In this document: in pieces, positions 1-13,815 of the stretch | Layout of the letters: each line of letters begins with the position of its first letter | Numbering within the stretch: the stretch's first letter is position 1 | Assembly (NCBI RefSeq): GCF_037042905.1 | Contig: NC_087246.1 | Coordinates: forward strand, 47,988,001-48,052,000 | Length of the DNA: 64,000 bases | Reading direction: 5' to 3' | DNA from: Lytechinus pictus | Taxonomy: Eukaryota | The notes under the pieces: generated by a model | Databases searched by the model: none | Told to the model about the DNA's origin: nothing | What the model saw: the letters and a program-made list of their open reading frames with translations, nothing else | Program-made: the position numbers and the translations under genes

Positions 1-1194
1 TTTTTATTATAATTGAATCATAGACCAGTAGTTAGTACAAATTGAAAAGTCCAAAATACATAACCTCATGAGAAAAGTAAATCGTTTACCCACATTTCCT
101 TAGACTGGTTCATACTCTACATATCAGGGAATCTCATATTTCCTATAATGAGGCCATTTTGTTCATATCCACTCAAAATTCCACTTTGTATGAAATTGGA
201 TTCCAAATGAAAATAGACTAGGTTACAAAACACAAAGTCGAAAAGATTAGATTTTTAGCCAAATTGCCCTTTGGCTTGGCCCCCTTGAGTTTTCCTTGAT
301 TGCACTTATAGTACAGCACTTGACTTCATCAGTTTGGTCAAAGTTCTATTTGCTTTCCAAGTCAAGACCACACTGTACAAGCTCTACTCAACTATGAGAA
401 ATGGGCATCAACATGCACAGTGCATAATGTATTGCCTGCATTAGAGTACACACTTGACTACAAGTCTCACCCAAGGGTCACTATTTCACCTCGGTTTTTG
501 TCCTGTCACCAAATCAAATAATAATGCTTCTTATTGCAACCTAGGTTTATTACGTTTTGCCTTGTCCCATGAACATATTAATCTTTCATTGCAATGCATT
601 GTTTAAATTGCTCTGTAAACAATACTTGTTCAAATAGAGCTAATTGTATTAAAGTTACACCAACAAAGTAAATATTCAAAGATGAGTTTCAAAAACAAAA
701 CCCCAAACAGTCCCCAAACCATCATACATATATAATGTACAACACATGTAATCACTGTATTTGATTTTGATGTATTTTAAATTTAAGTGTACCTTTTCCA
801 AACCTTGTCTGACAAAGGTAAATCATGATAGTATCAAATCAGATCAATGTATAGGAAGGGCCTTGATGGGCCATCTTTGTTTATTTGCAAGTTGCTACTA
901 CATGTAAAAGTCAAGTTATGCCAATTATTACTTTGAATAAAGCGTCATCCCATTCAAAAGCAACAGAAAGTTTAACTTGGACATTAGTGGACACAGTTGC
1001 ATGTAGAGTCTACTAGGCCTAGGGGACTTCAAAATTACTTAAACATTTTGAAAAAAATTGTATGATTCAGAGAGACATCACTGTTCAAAAGCAAAGACAA
1101 TTATAATTCAAAAGATTTTTTTCAGCTGCTTCACACAATCGACCTATATTCTAAAAACACCTGTTTATTAGTCAGGTTGTCGACAATTTATAGT

Positions 1195-1923
1195 TTATAA
1201 TTTGCTTCCATCAGCTGAAAGTGCCTCTTCTTTATTCTCCCTTGCCATGAGGTCTATAAATCCCTGAGCTAAATTTTCATGATCAAAGCCTGGTTCCATT
1301 TCAAAGTCTGGAGCTCTTTGGTATACAGTACAAGCAGCAGAAATACATAGATACGCTGTCAAACCCCAAGTAATAAATCTCTTGCCATTGATAACGTGTT
1401 CAAAGTAGTGAAGCCAAGCAAATCGTCCTTTACTCAAGGTTCTTTGAGACTTGTGGTTATCACACAAGAGGAAATCGACAAGGGGTACACGGAAGACATC
1501 CTCTACTTCATTGGGGTTGATGTCAGGTTCAAACGTCTCAGGAACTAATCCTGCAACTGGTGTGATAAAGTAGCCATGCCGAGATGTCATTGGTGGAAGC
1601 TGGGACACCACCTCGACGTCCGAAGGATGAAGACCGATCTCCTCCCAGGACTCGCGTAGCGCCGTTGCAGTGTCATCTGCATCCTCGTCATCCCGCTTTC
1701 CACCCGGAAATGCGACATCACCAGCATCAGCCCGAAGGTGGGCTGCCCTCTTTGTAAGAAGTACCTCAAGATCTCCATTTTGACACAGTATCAAAGGCAC
1801 AAGAACAGATGCTTTCTTCCTCTGACTTGCAAACAACATAATATCTGATTCTTGCGTTCGTTCACTGAAGTCTCTTTCCAGGAGTCTAGTTCTGATGGTG
1901 GACTTGCTTAGTGGCGGTTCCAT
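1195..1923 (-). CDS. NUDT7: Peroxisomal coenzyme A diphosphatase (Nudix hydrolase), single coding exon, 242 aa
   Basis: CoA-pyrophosphatase motif LLTKRAAHLRADAGDVAFPGG followed by the Nudix box GKRDDEDADDTATALRESWEEIGL; TWGLTA motif; C-terminal PTS1 SKL. First in-frame ATG is at 1923; the track start at 1956 is non-ATG. Confidence 0.93.
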   Translation of the reverse strand: MEPPLSKSTIRTRLLERDFSERTQESDIMLFASQRKKASVLVPLILCQNGDLEVLLTKRAAHLRADAGDVAFPGGKRDDEDADDTATALRESWEEIGLHPSDVEVVSQLPPMTSRHGYFITPVAGLVPETFEPDINPNEVEDVFRVPLVDFLLCDNHKSQRTLSKGRFAWLHYFEHVINGKRFITWGLTAYLCISAACTVYQRAPDFEMEPGFDHENLAQGFIDLMARENKEEALSADGSKL

Positions 1924-2724
1924 GTTACTAGTAAATTGATATCCCAGACCCAGCACACTGTGAGTTTTGTTTTTGTTCTGTGGCTTTTCATCAGTTCATA
2001 CCAGTCTTGTATTTAAATTGAAGCCCAGCATGCGGCCTAGCTATCTCTACAGGCACATATCAGATACACGTTAAATCTTCAATCAGATTATGAATCCGCA
2101 ATACAAGCAATCCCATCTGCCTTGCTAGCTCATCAACATTAGCTGCTTACAGTGGCTAGTAGTAAACACTGCCTATTTTCTAAGTCTTAACTGTTAGTTC
2201 ACTTATAAATATAATCATGAAGTTCAGTTTGGATTGGAAGCTGCAGCATATAACGAGTGGTTCCCGCAACACGCGACATTAGGCAGTATCAGGCTCTGTC
2301 TATTGTAAATACTCAGTCTATGAAATTGAAAAGAGACAATAAATTATTGTTATGCTTCAGATCACGTCGCGTCGTTGTCGTTGTTTCAAAAATCCATTCA
2401 TTACGAAATCCTTGGAAAAAGCTTGATGTCAGGTGACACACCTCCTAGCTCCTCATATTAACTCAAGTGTAAACTAAATAGCAACATATCGAACAACAAC
2501 GCAGCTGCATACATCGGCTACATCTATAGTTCCACACGAGATCTACACCAAATGGCGCAATATATTTTGTAACCCGTCAGATGGCGCTAGACATTGTTGC
2601 ACTGGCCAAGTATCTTTGGCTACATTAACCAAAATCAATTTTCGTTAACTATATACATGTATTAGGTTCTAATTCAACCATTTACACAGAAGGACAAACT
2701 TTACGGAGCAATTAATCTACTGAA
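1924..2724. promoter_or_regulatory. Putative bidirectional promoter and 5' UTRs of NUDT7 and SHCBP1
   Basis: Divergent start codons 801 bp apart; locally more CpG; E2F-like TTCCCGC near 2261; two ATGGCG (YY1-like) motifs at 2552 and 2581. Confidence 0.55.
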
Positions 2725-5700
2725 ATGGATACTACGTATGTAATACAAACAAAAAAACAGAAGTTAGTGTCTGATACACTCACCGATTTCGCCAAAGAAG
2801 ACTCCCATGGGCTCAGCTGTCAACCGACTGATCAGCTTCCATGCAATGTCAACGACGAAGAGAGGCGGGAAGATTTGAACGGGGATGCGAAACAGAACTC
2901 GCCCGATACTCCTCCGACTAATAACGATCCTCGCTCGCCTGCTGCTGCGGAGCAAAACAGCAGCGGATTTGGAGACGAGATTGGACCGGATGAAGAACAC
3001 AAGAGTACCAATGATTTCGAGTCAGACGAAGAAAATGGAAATCCATTTCCTTCCATTTTTCAGACAGATAATCTCACTCATGCTGAACGTTTGCAAGCAT
3101 ATGCAAGTATTTTCCTGGCAAAATCGGAATCATGGGACGACAGAAGTTTTGATATTCATCAGGAAATGTATCTTTTCTTGACTGAAGCAGTCGTGAACTT
3201 TTGGACAGGGATCTGGAAAGTAGAAAATAATTGTGACGTTGTTATTGAGGTGAAGCACTTGTTTCATGATTTTTTGTTATTACAAATTTGATATGAAGAT
3301 GGTGATTATCATGATTCATGATTAGGCAAAAGCTACAGACACAGTCTCTGAGTGGAGTCTGACTCTGTAAATGTAAATTGGTTGTTCTGCTGAACTACAT
3401 TGGCTTTACTCATCAGTAAAATAAATCTCCATAAGCGATGGTTATTCCTGTCTAGATGACATTAGACTTTATACTGTGGTTATGTTTTAATGATGATGAT
3501 GATGATGATGCTGATGCCTGGTAAAGATGATGATGATGATGATCTTGATTGTAATGAATGATTGTGCTTCATTGCTTATCAATGATAATGGAGAATGTTC
3601 CGACGATGCAGACAAAGCTTAAGAGCTTTAAGGCCATAAGAGTGATTAATATGCTTGAATCAAAAGAACTGTGTGCTGCTAAGCAAACTTCTTTCTGCCA
3701 TGGAGGAGGTCATCATTCTTCATGAAATATGTAGTAGACTGTACAATTTTTATTAAGCTTTGACTGATGTAGATTCTCTAACAACAATTTCAGGACTGCT
3801 ATTTCACAAGTTCAAAACTTGGTTGGCCTTGCAGAAGAAAATCTTTCTTTCATCAAGCCTATTATATGAATGCATCTACTTTTTGAATGTTTAATTGACT
3901 ACTTTTTTTAAACTAGACCGACCATGCTCCACATCCAGAAAGCCGACAACAGCACCTGAAGGCCAAAGTGCACATCAGTGAACCCTTCCTGTGCATGCTT
4001 GATGGAGCTCTCTGCACTGAGGAAAACTCTGAGGAGAGAGATGAAGTGGAAAGGAAGATAAGAGGAATTCTAGAGAAATCAGAGGGACTTGTTGACCTCA
4101 CAGACCTCTATCCTGTCTACAACAAAACTGGCCTGCTAGACAACACTGCCTTGGCTATTGAACATGCTAGGTGTGTAAATTTATTGGACCATTTTCCAGA
4201 AATCATCATAATCGTGTTAGAACATGTCATAGAAATAATAAGAGATTACCGAATAGACCTAATTTTACAGATTGAGAAATTGGACTTCAGGAATGTCATT
4301 AGTCATCAGAACTTGTTTAAAAGTTGAAATAAAGCTATAGGAATTTGCTGTTGTCTGGCAATCAAATGACAGTCTGACAGACAATTCAATTGTTCCATTT
4401 TGAATATCTATAATCATAAGAATCCCCCCCCCCCATAAAAAAAAATGAATAAATGAATAAGGTAAATTCCACGCACAAAAAAGAAAAGAATAGATCAGTT
4501 TAAAAAAGCTGGATTTTGTTTTGATTTGTGTTCAATGCCAGGTTCTTCTACCAAAATCTTTGGAGACCTATGGATGATGAGGATGAACTAAGTGGATCAA
4601 AATACATGGATAAATATCTCAAACCAAGACTAAAATTGTGAGTAGGCCTATTGTGCTGAGATCTGTCAATGAAAGGGCCTCAAGCCCTGAATGTTCAGCA
4701 TCAGATGTATAATTCATCCATATCGTTGAATGGAATGACCTATATCTCCCTCTCCTATCCTTGCCTATAGTAGGGATCATGTAGGCCCTACCTGAATACT
4801 TATACCCCTTACTTACTCAAATGAACTGAGGGAGGAGGTCAATCTCCCGTTCTTCACTATTTCTGTGCAACCCAATCCTACTTTTTCACAAAATCAGATA
4901 TTTTCTATATACAGGGGTGTGAGAGTTCAGATTTTTATCTGATTTCAGATTTTTTTGTTTTGATTTTCAGCTTAATTTCAGCTTATTTTTGGCCTTCCTC
5001 TGTACAAAAAGTATGGGAGCTCTTTCTATTTCAGACTTTTTCAACACTCTTCAGCTTTTTTCAGATCTTTATTTGTGACCACTCACACCCCTGTTTATAT
5101 AATTTAAATAAATATTGTGAAGCTTCTGATACCAAGATTATGATCAGGACAAGAAGTCAGTTGGCAGTTTGTAGTTGTATGTTGTCTCATAAAGTATTTT
5201 TTCAGGAATTTGTGAAAACTTATAGAATTGAAATTATCTATAAATTACTACAAAGCACTGCTAATTCACATGATCCCATGCCATTTGAATAATATTTCTT
5301 TATTCAAGATTGATCAAATATAAATCTTAGAACCCAATCAGTCCTAAAACCAATACAATACATAAAAATAAAAACAATAAAGTACATAAGAAATTGACAA
5401 AGCGATGCATAATGAAACAAAATGTTTGTCAACATATTGTTGAAAATGTTTTCATCCAGGTTTTTGTGAAAGAGGGAATTAAGAACAAAAACATTCATAC
5501 ATGCATCTCATTTTCATAATCAAATAGAAAATATAAAAAATAATTTTGCCAGCTAAAATGAACTACACACCGACACCCTCTAGGCTTAACGTATGTCTCA
5601 ATGTCTTTGCAAGGTTTGCATCGATCAGAGGGGACCAGGATTCACATTGACCCTTCCCCCCTCCAAGTAAAAACTTAATTGTTTCTGGCTTCCATTCCTA

Positions 5701-8700
5701 ACCAAGAATGCAACATTCAGACCTTGTTCTCTTGTGCTAACTAGATTGAGAAATCAATTCTACTTCTCTTTATAAAATTCCTTCTACAAATCATACTGCC
5801 AACCTGTTTCATAAATCAAATAATGCACAGGCGTTGTGTGATGTTAGGGGCAATGGAGGCATTCTTAGTTATTCAAACACCTTGTGCTTCTCACATTCTT
5901 ATGACTATTATACCTTCAGTGCACCGCATCATTCCTAACATTATTTTATATTATTGAATAACACACTTGTAGCGTATATGACGTCAAGGAGAAGCGAATT
6001 CCAGCCCACATTGTAAGAAAGCACCAGATGGCTCTTTCTGAATGTCTCGACAAATACGACCGCATCGCCTCTCTTCAGGCTCAGCTGGAAGATGGTGATG
6101 GTAGCGAAGGCGGTGTTGATGAACTGGACATGAATGAGAGCTGTATGGTGGTTGACATCATGGGGCTTAATGAAGAGATTGAAGTCCTTAAGATGAAGAT
6201 GGAGAAACTTGAGAACCCTGTCTTGAGGTGAGCTATGAAATGGGGTTATGCTTTTCTATTTTAGAACCCAACTTTTGTGTCTTTGAAAATGTTCAATTCC
6301 GTTCCAAAGGGACATGAACTGGAATTTCAGTTTTGTCTTAGAATCACTGAGCCCCAAATCTGTCAATATTTTCTTATTCTGCTCTTTTACTCTCTCATCT
6401 CCATCCTCCTTTCCTTTTTTTTCTTTCCTCCTCTCTCTTATCCTGCATCTTTTCTCCTTTATTCTTTTATTATCTTCCACTTTCTTTCCTCCTCATCCTC
6501 TTTCTTCCCATTCTGCATCTTTTTCTCCTATTTTTATCTTCTTCTTCCCTTTCCTCTTCTCTTCCTCTTCTTCCTTCTTCTTATTCTCCATCATGTACTT
6601 AACCTCTCCTTTACTTTTTTTTCCTGCTGTAGGTCTTTGATGGATATCCCAAATGCAATGCTATCAGAGAGGAGTTATTTGGGAAGCCAAAGTAGAGCGG
6701 ACAGCTTGCCAAAGACATTCCTAGTCACTGAGACATTAACTGCCGGTATGATACAGGTACGGAAAGCCATTATGTTGACATTAAGACCTTCCTCATAGAA
6801 ATTTGATCGGGGAAGTGGGGACGACAAGTTTATATACATGTATGTGTTTCAATATGACTTTTCCTTCTTTTTTGGTCAGAGCTTGATGGACAGATAATTT
6901 GTTCACCTTTTTTTTTCAAATTTTGAGGTGCATTCATTTCCTGCAAGACGTAATTCATCATTGTTTGAGGAATGTCCCTACTTTGTTATCTTCTCATAGT
7001 TGTCTATTTAGAATTTTTTAAGGATCCCGCACTCATACATCTATAGATCACACTCGTTATAAGATGGGACCCAGGTTGTATGTAAATGCCCATTAATGTA
7101 TTTCATTGTCACTGTAGAATCTCAACCTAGGTCCTGATGTGGTCTTAGAGCACTGCAGATCACCCGGAGAAGCGCTGTCAAGGTCTTACAACGGTGACAC
7201 CATCTTAATCTTCCCTGGTTCCTACACTGGTGAAAGATTCTATACCCTCCAGCACTCTGTCACTATCAAGGGTGAGTTTGGACAATTTTAGGAATCAATT
7301 TTATAGTTGTATTTGATTCAAATTAATTTCAACCTTGGAAAGCAAACAATGCATCAATACATCATCTAGAACGCTTATGTATCAGTATTTAATCCTATCT
7401 TTGAAAAAAAAACAGAAGCGAGCATGATTTGCATCATGTGTGTGGTTTTATTCTCTTTAAATTCAACCATGTGAAATCGAGACCTCAGCCCTTATGTTTG
7501 TGGAATGTTTAATTTTGTTTAAATAGTAAGTGCCAAAGACATTCCTGAAGTTCAAATAGTCATTATTCTTTGTTTATTTTCTTTAAAATTTAAAACATAG
7601 TTTTATGAATGCATTCCATATCAGGATTGAAACAATCTTTAATGAGTTAACAATATTTCATTCATGTCGTATTAATTGCTTTGCTTTGTAAAAATTTTAT
7701 TTGATATTATGAAACACTAAAATGAATTAAATCAATTGAACTCCATTTAACAATGTAATAATCTAAACTCTAAAGTAGATTTAAATCATTCAGTGCTGTG
7801 ATGACAGTAACCAATGTTTACACATACCAGGATGTCACATGTCACAACCAAAGTGAAAATCACTACGGGTTACACGGGCCTAACTACAACTAGCAGGCAA
7901 AAGATATTCATTCGAGCCAACCCATTCTCAATTTTTAAATTGATATTGCTGATTGACATAAATGAATGAATATGACTGACAATCTAACACTGATTCTAGG
8001 GAGGGTACCTACTGAACTTCCTTTTTCCACATTAGAAAGATATATCACTACTATGGAACTATTTTTTTACTGGCGGAAGAATTAGGGCCATTTTACTCTC
8101 TGAAGTGACGAATTTGATCCCGTCAGGTGTAGTCTTCATAAATGCCGATTAATTTTTAAAATGAGCTGGTCGAGGTATACTTTTCTGGTCAGATATGGAA
8201 TGTCAGACATGTATCCTATCCACTGATAGTAAACATTCAACCCTCAAATTTCCTCATTTTTAATGAATTTTTTTAATGTGCCACTTTAACACACGAGTCT
8301 ATTGGAAATGAATTAGGCCTGTGAAACCTACGTGTACAAGGGGAAGGCTGTTTGAATTGGTGTGTGATGTTTACATTGTACTTGTTTTTCTGTAGGAGTA
8401 GGAAAAAGGAAGGATATTATCATCCGATGTGAAGAGTTGGCTGACATCTTCTTGGACTGTGACACGTCTGGGGCTGTGATTTCTAACCTGACCTTAGAAG
8501 ATGATAACAGTGCCACCAGTGAGGGCCTCATTGCTGTGCGTGCAGGAGGTATTTAAACATTCATCTTAGTTCGTTCCTTATCTTCATACATGAACCTTGT
8601 AGTTTAACACAAATATTTAATTTCAGTTATTTTCTAAATCATACAGCATAATAATACAACAAAAATTTAGAAGTGATACTTGTTATTTAACAATATATGC

Positions 8701-11700
8701 AAAATGCCCATTCATAATGATAATGATAAAATCTAAAAATAAAGCTTACGGTGAGGGTGCCTTCTGAATTTTAAGTACTATATATGATATATTTTAAAGA
8801 AACCAAACTTAAAAAACGAAGAAGGAAGAAAAAAATAGCACTTGCAAGCATACACAAAACAGTAAGGATGATATTGTCTTGAACCACTGAGCTTGATCGG
8901 AGAGAATAGGGAAAAGAAAGTGAAATAGGGATTAAATAAACAGAAATATAAAGGTTAGTAGTCCTGAGATTGTGCATAAAATGGGACAGGTCTGTTGAAG
9001 ATGCAAGCCAGTTCATTATTGATTTTGTACATAAATTCACAATAAAGGGCCAATTTTTAACACAGCATTGTGTCATGAAGTGCTTTACTCTTTGCACGCT
9101 GAATCGATTTTGGGGGGGGGGGTGGATAATAATGACAACTGTTTCTATGTTATTTTCTTTGATTGAAGATTTCTAAATTGCACCATTGATACTTTATGAT
9201 TATTATATAGATGTTATCCAAGAACTATTTATAAGCTTCTCTAACATGTATGTTAAAAAGGAAACTAATTATTACAATTGTTAAAATTGTACGAATGTGC
9301 AAAATTGCCACATCAGCGCGCAAAGGGTTAAATGAATATAAGGTCAATGACTTGATGTTCTATTGACTGGCCTCATTGCCCCTTTCATTAGCAATTGATG
9401 TTTTGTTGCCCCTTTTTAATTTCCCCATTTGTGCTGTTATATTGAATTGTGTGCTAAAGAAAAGCGACCTGCCCTCAAAATATCGTTTTGGAGTTTGTGC
9501 ATTTTTAAAAAAAATGTCATAACTCTTAAGGGCCGTAAATTTCTAGGCTGAAAAGAAAAATAGTGCATTAGATGAAGCTCCCCTCTTTAAAAAAAACCTC
9601 AATGAATAAATAATATATTAAGATATGATATGATAATGTCGACTTTATATTTTGTGCGATCTTTCTTTCATAATAGGCAGTTTAATAATGAATGGCTGCT
9701 TGCTCCAGAGTGGAGGAACAGGTGTTAATGTCTTCAGAGGAGGTTCTCTAGAGATGACAGGATGCGAGATCAAAGACATCCAGGTAGGCAAGGTTCATAC
9801 AAACTTTATGCATATGAATTATAGCGCCCTCCCTCAGAGGATATAGGAATACGTGTAAACGGAGTTGTCAGAGATTCACCAGTTACAGATCACCAGTGCA
9901 AGGCAAAGGCTTCAAGCTCTAAGATGGTGGCTCAATGACGTAAATGCACAAGGTCAACCCTCTATAACTTTCAAACAGTCCAAATTATCAAAATTGTTCA
10001 AGGATACAGCTAATAGGGAGTGCGTATGAAATCATGTTCATGCTTTCATTCTACACAACCTAAATGCAAATAAGATTGAATGACCCAAAGTAAAGGTCAC
10101 TCAGTTTAACAAAGAGCTGCACTCATCGGGGCATTTCTTGAAAGTACTTGTCAGACGTTTTATCAGATACGTCCTGTTTTTATCAGACAGTTACTATAGG
10201 GACTGCTTCTCGGCCAATCCAAATTTTTAAAAAGTTCTCAGATCTGGGCCCGGTTGCATAAAAGTTACTGTTATGGTAACTTTGCCATCCAATGGTAACT
10301 ACCATGGTAACAATGCTCATCAGCCAATCAAAATCAAGGATTCCATGAAAGTTACCACTGGATGGCAAAATTACCATAATAGTAACTTTTATAAGACACC
10401 TAGATAGATCCTTGTCATTTGATTGGTTGTTCGATATCGATCATTCAGCCCATTTCACAATGACGTCATCAACTGCAATTTTCGATCCATTCATGCAATT
10501 TTGGATCCATACGATTTTGTCCATAGACACCTCAAGTAATCCCACTCGTGTTTGCAGCGCGCATGATGTATATACGCGATAATCAACAGACCGAGCTCAC
10601 ACTGCATGAGCATATTTTGCATCGAAATTCATTAATTTCAGATGAAAAAGAATCTATTTTTAGGTGTCATATAAACCAAATAATGAATATTCTTTTCATT
10701 CGTGCAATGGACAGAATACTTCATTCGGTGAAAGATGAAATGAATGATCCATTCAAGTGGGCTACGCCTCATGGAATGGATCATCTCATCTTTCACCTCG
10801 TGAAGTATTCTGTCCATTGCACTCATAAACATTCATTATTTGTATATTATGCAACGGGGCCCTGACCTTTTGTCAGACGATAATATTGATGAAACACTTC
10901 CCTGGTAAGCAATTTTTTTTTTTTAATACTTCCATTCATTTCACAGAGGAATGGAGTGAGGTGCAAGGCAGGTTCATCTGTTATCATCTCTGATACAAAC
11001 ATCCATCGTTGTGGGTTACACCAGTTTGCCGAGGAAGATGGCAGTGATGTTGCTGATATCACCAAGGACAGTCTAACAGCCGGTATAATGGTTGAGGTAG
11101 GTCTAACCTCAAACAAATCGTTCCCCTTCCTGTATTACTAGACAAAGTGATAAAGCTGACCCAACCAAAACAGCACGTGAAATGGGTTGATGGTAATCAA
11201 TGACCCTGTCCATTCTTGGGGGTTTTAACCCATATGAAACCAAATTCTATATTTTTTACCAACTCCAACTTTATTTCGAAAGTATTACTCATTCATCTTC
11301 CAATTGACTCTCGGACGCATAATCGCTTAATGGGTTTCTTACAACATTCTTCCTTCTCACTATATGGTTCAGTTCCCAAATTCAGAGTGAATTTATAACA
11401 TACAAGATCGTTTGGTATTGACCGACCATTGTAAAACAGGTTCACTTGATAACTCCAGTCAGATTAAATATTAAATAGTGTTTTTTTAGATTGCTTGCAG
11501 TTTTGAGATAGACTGTAGACCTCACAACTTTAAAAACAATTTTAATTATGTTTTGTTTCTTCATTATGAAATGCTTAGAGTATAGTCACCATTAGACTTA
11601 CTTGCACTATTTGTTATCAAGTTATTTGATATCTTCAACGCATATTATTAGCTTTATCATCCATTTTGGTATTGAGCTTTATCATCTACTGACAACCCTA

Positions 11701-11995
11701 CACTATACAACACAAAGTAAGATGCATAAACCTCTCTTATCTCCACTAACAGATCCAGGAGAGCGATGAAAAAGACGATAAGACGACTCTAACCCTGGTC
11801 GATACCAAGGTCTATGATAACCATGGTGCAGGAATGGCCCTCCTTGTAGGATCAAACAAAGAAGAGGAACCGGAACCCATCACCACCGATGTCATCGGGT
11901 TAATCTCTGGTGTCAATGTTCTTGACATGAAGAATAATGATTTCAAGGATAACTTACTTGGAGATGCAATGCTAGCACATTTTGTTGATGATTAG
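2725..11995 (+). CDS. SHCBP1: SHC SH2-domain-binding protein 1 homolog (SHCBP1/Nessun dorma family), 10 exons, 686 aa
   Basis: Exons 2725-3249, 3917-4170, 4542-4637, 5973-6227, 6633-6756, 7118-7271, 8396-8548, 9677-9783, 10947-11096, 11753-11995. All introns are GT-AG and the exons sum to 2061 nt in frame. Family signature ALAIEHARFFYQNLWRPMDDEDE...KPRLKFVYDV, coiled coil KMKMEKLENPVLR, and a C-terminal pectin-lyase-like beta-helix (GDTILIFPGSY...SVTIKGVGKRKDIII). Confidence 0.9.
3490..3545 (+). repeat. Interrupted (GAT)n microsatellite in SHCBP1 intron 1
   Basis: Two runs of GAT repeats seen directly. Confidence 0.85.
10246..10862. mobile_element. MITE with a probable nested second element, in SHCBP1 intron 8
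   Basis: Terminal inverted repeats GGGCCCGGTTGCATA ... TATGCAACGGGGCCC; internal inverted segments at about 10680-10840. Confidence 0.6.
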
Positions 11996-12882
11996 ATGTT
12001 CTTGATGTGAAGAAAATGATTTCAAGGATAACTTAATTGGAGATGCAATGCTGGCACGTTTTGTTGATGATTAGCTGTTCTTGATGTGAAGAATAATGAT
12101 ATCTAGGATAACTTACTTGGAGATGCAGTGATGGCACGCTTTGTTGATGATTAAAAGTTCTTGACGTGAAGACTAATGACATCAAGGATATCTTACTTGG
12201 AGATGCAATGATGGCATGCTTTGTTGATGATTAAAAGTTCTTGACGTGAAGAATAATGACATCAAGGACATCTTACTTGGAGATGAAATGCTGCCTGGCA
12301 CGCTTTGTTGATGATTAGATGTTCTTGATGTGAAGAATAATGATTTCAAGGATAACTTAATTGGAGATGCAATGCTGGCATGCTTTGCTGATGATTAAAA
12401 GTTTTTGACGTGAAGAATAATGACATCAAGGATATCTTACTTGGAGATGCAATGATGGCACGCTTTGTTGATGATTAGCTGTTCTTGATGTGAAGAATAA
12501 TGATATCTAGGATAACTTACTTGGAGATGCAATGATGGCACGCTTTGTTGATGATTAGATGTTCTTGATGTGAAGAATAATGATATCTAGGATAACTTAC
12601 TTGGAGATGCAATGATGGCATGCTTTGTTGATGATTAATAGTTCTTGACGTGAAGAATAATGACATCAAGGATATCTTACTTGGAGATGAAATGCTGCCT
12701 GGCGCACTTTGTTGATGATTAGATGTTCTTGACATGAAGAATAATGATTTAATGGATAACTTACTTGGAGATGCAATGCTGGCACGCTTTGTTGATGATT
12801 AGATGTTCTTGATGTGAAGAATAATGATATCTAGGATAACTTACTTGGAGATGCAATGCTGGCCTGCTTTGTTGATGATTAG
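11916..12882 (+). repeat. Tandem array of 12 x ~80 bp units; unit = last SHCBP1 codons plus stop
   Basis: Unit ATGTTCTTGAYRTGAAGAATAATGA...GGAGATGCAATGCTGGCACGCTTTGTTGATGATTAG/TAA; units start at 11916, 11996, 12075, 12155, 12235, 12319, 12399, 12479, 12559, 12639, 12723, 12803. Confidence 0.95.
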
Positions 12883-13364
12883 AAATTTATTTGTACCATG
12901 CATAGTAGAGTGTAGGAATGTTAACAGAGGGCTTCACTCCCTTGTCTGTTGAGAACCTTGATGGCCAGAATACACAAAGTTCGTTTTGAAACAGAGGTTG
13001 AAAACCATGGTTAATTACATATGCTCCTGTGACAGTTGCTCCAGGCCTTATCTTATCCAAGTTGTAGGGTTAGGGTTGCAATATGGGTTTACGTTGGGAT
13101 AAGGGTTACGATGAGGAGTAGGGTATAGTCATAAATCCAGGGTTGAAGTTAGTCATTCGATTAGTGAGTGGAATCTACAGCAGAGCAGTTGTCTCTAGAG
13201 CAAATGTCATGGAATTGGTTTATGCAAAAAAATTTCATGCATTGAATTATACGTGTATAATGACAAAGCGGCCGATCTTGAACGCACATGTTTATCACAG
13301 GGCGCTGATCTGGCCTATGATTTCATTCGCCTCTGCATTAATTACTGGATGCTTACTTCATGGG

Positions 13365-13612
13365 GGGGGGTGTCATGGTCTAGTGGTTATGACTCCTGTC
13401 TTTCAATCTGAGGAATGTTGGTTTGATTCCCAGCCATGCATGTTTTCCTTCATCAAGAAATTTACCCCCATTGTGCTGCACTCAACCCAGGTGAGGTAAA
13501 TGTGTACCGGCAGGAAGTAATTACTCAAAAACATGTGAGCACCATAACTGGTAGACTAGCTTAGCCAGGTGGATACATGCGCTTTTCAAATCCTGTATTA
13601 TTTATTTATTAT
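13365..13612 (+). mobile_element. tRNA-derived SINE, degenerate copy of the 45655-45929 family
   Basis: A-box-like TGGTCTAGTGG, B-box-like GGTTTGATTCC, shared core GTGCTGCACTCAACCCAGGTGAGGTAAATG and a TATT-rich tail. Confidence 0.8.
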
Positions 13613-13815
13613 TGCTTGATGCCAAACTAAACGCAGTCAAAGAATGAAATCTGCAAAAAGCATGTTGTGTATTTAAAACCAGCTTTGTGAATTCAGCCCA
13701 TTAGGCTTTTGTATTCTTCAACTCAGCTGCTTGCTTGTCAGTTAATTATTCTGATTCAAAATTTCTTTTGTCATCTCAAATTTTGAATTTGTGGCATAGC
13801 ATCAGTATGTTGTCA

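Noticed and set aside
6277-6640. Long hydrophobic ORFs resembling membrane proteins
   Set aside because: They come from a CT-rich intron tract; only 6633-6756 is a SHCBP1 exon.
11916-12882. 80-bp array as a CRISPR-like or protein-coding repeat
   Set aside because: No unique spacers, eukaryotic context, and a stop in every unit. The minus-strand ORF 12517-12735 is a by-product.
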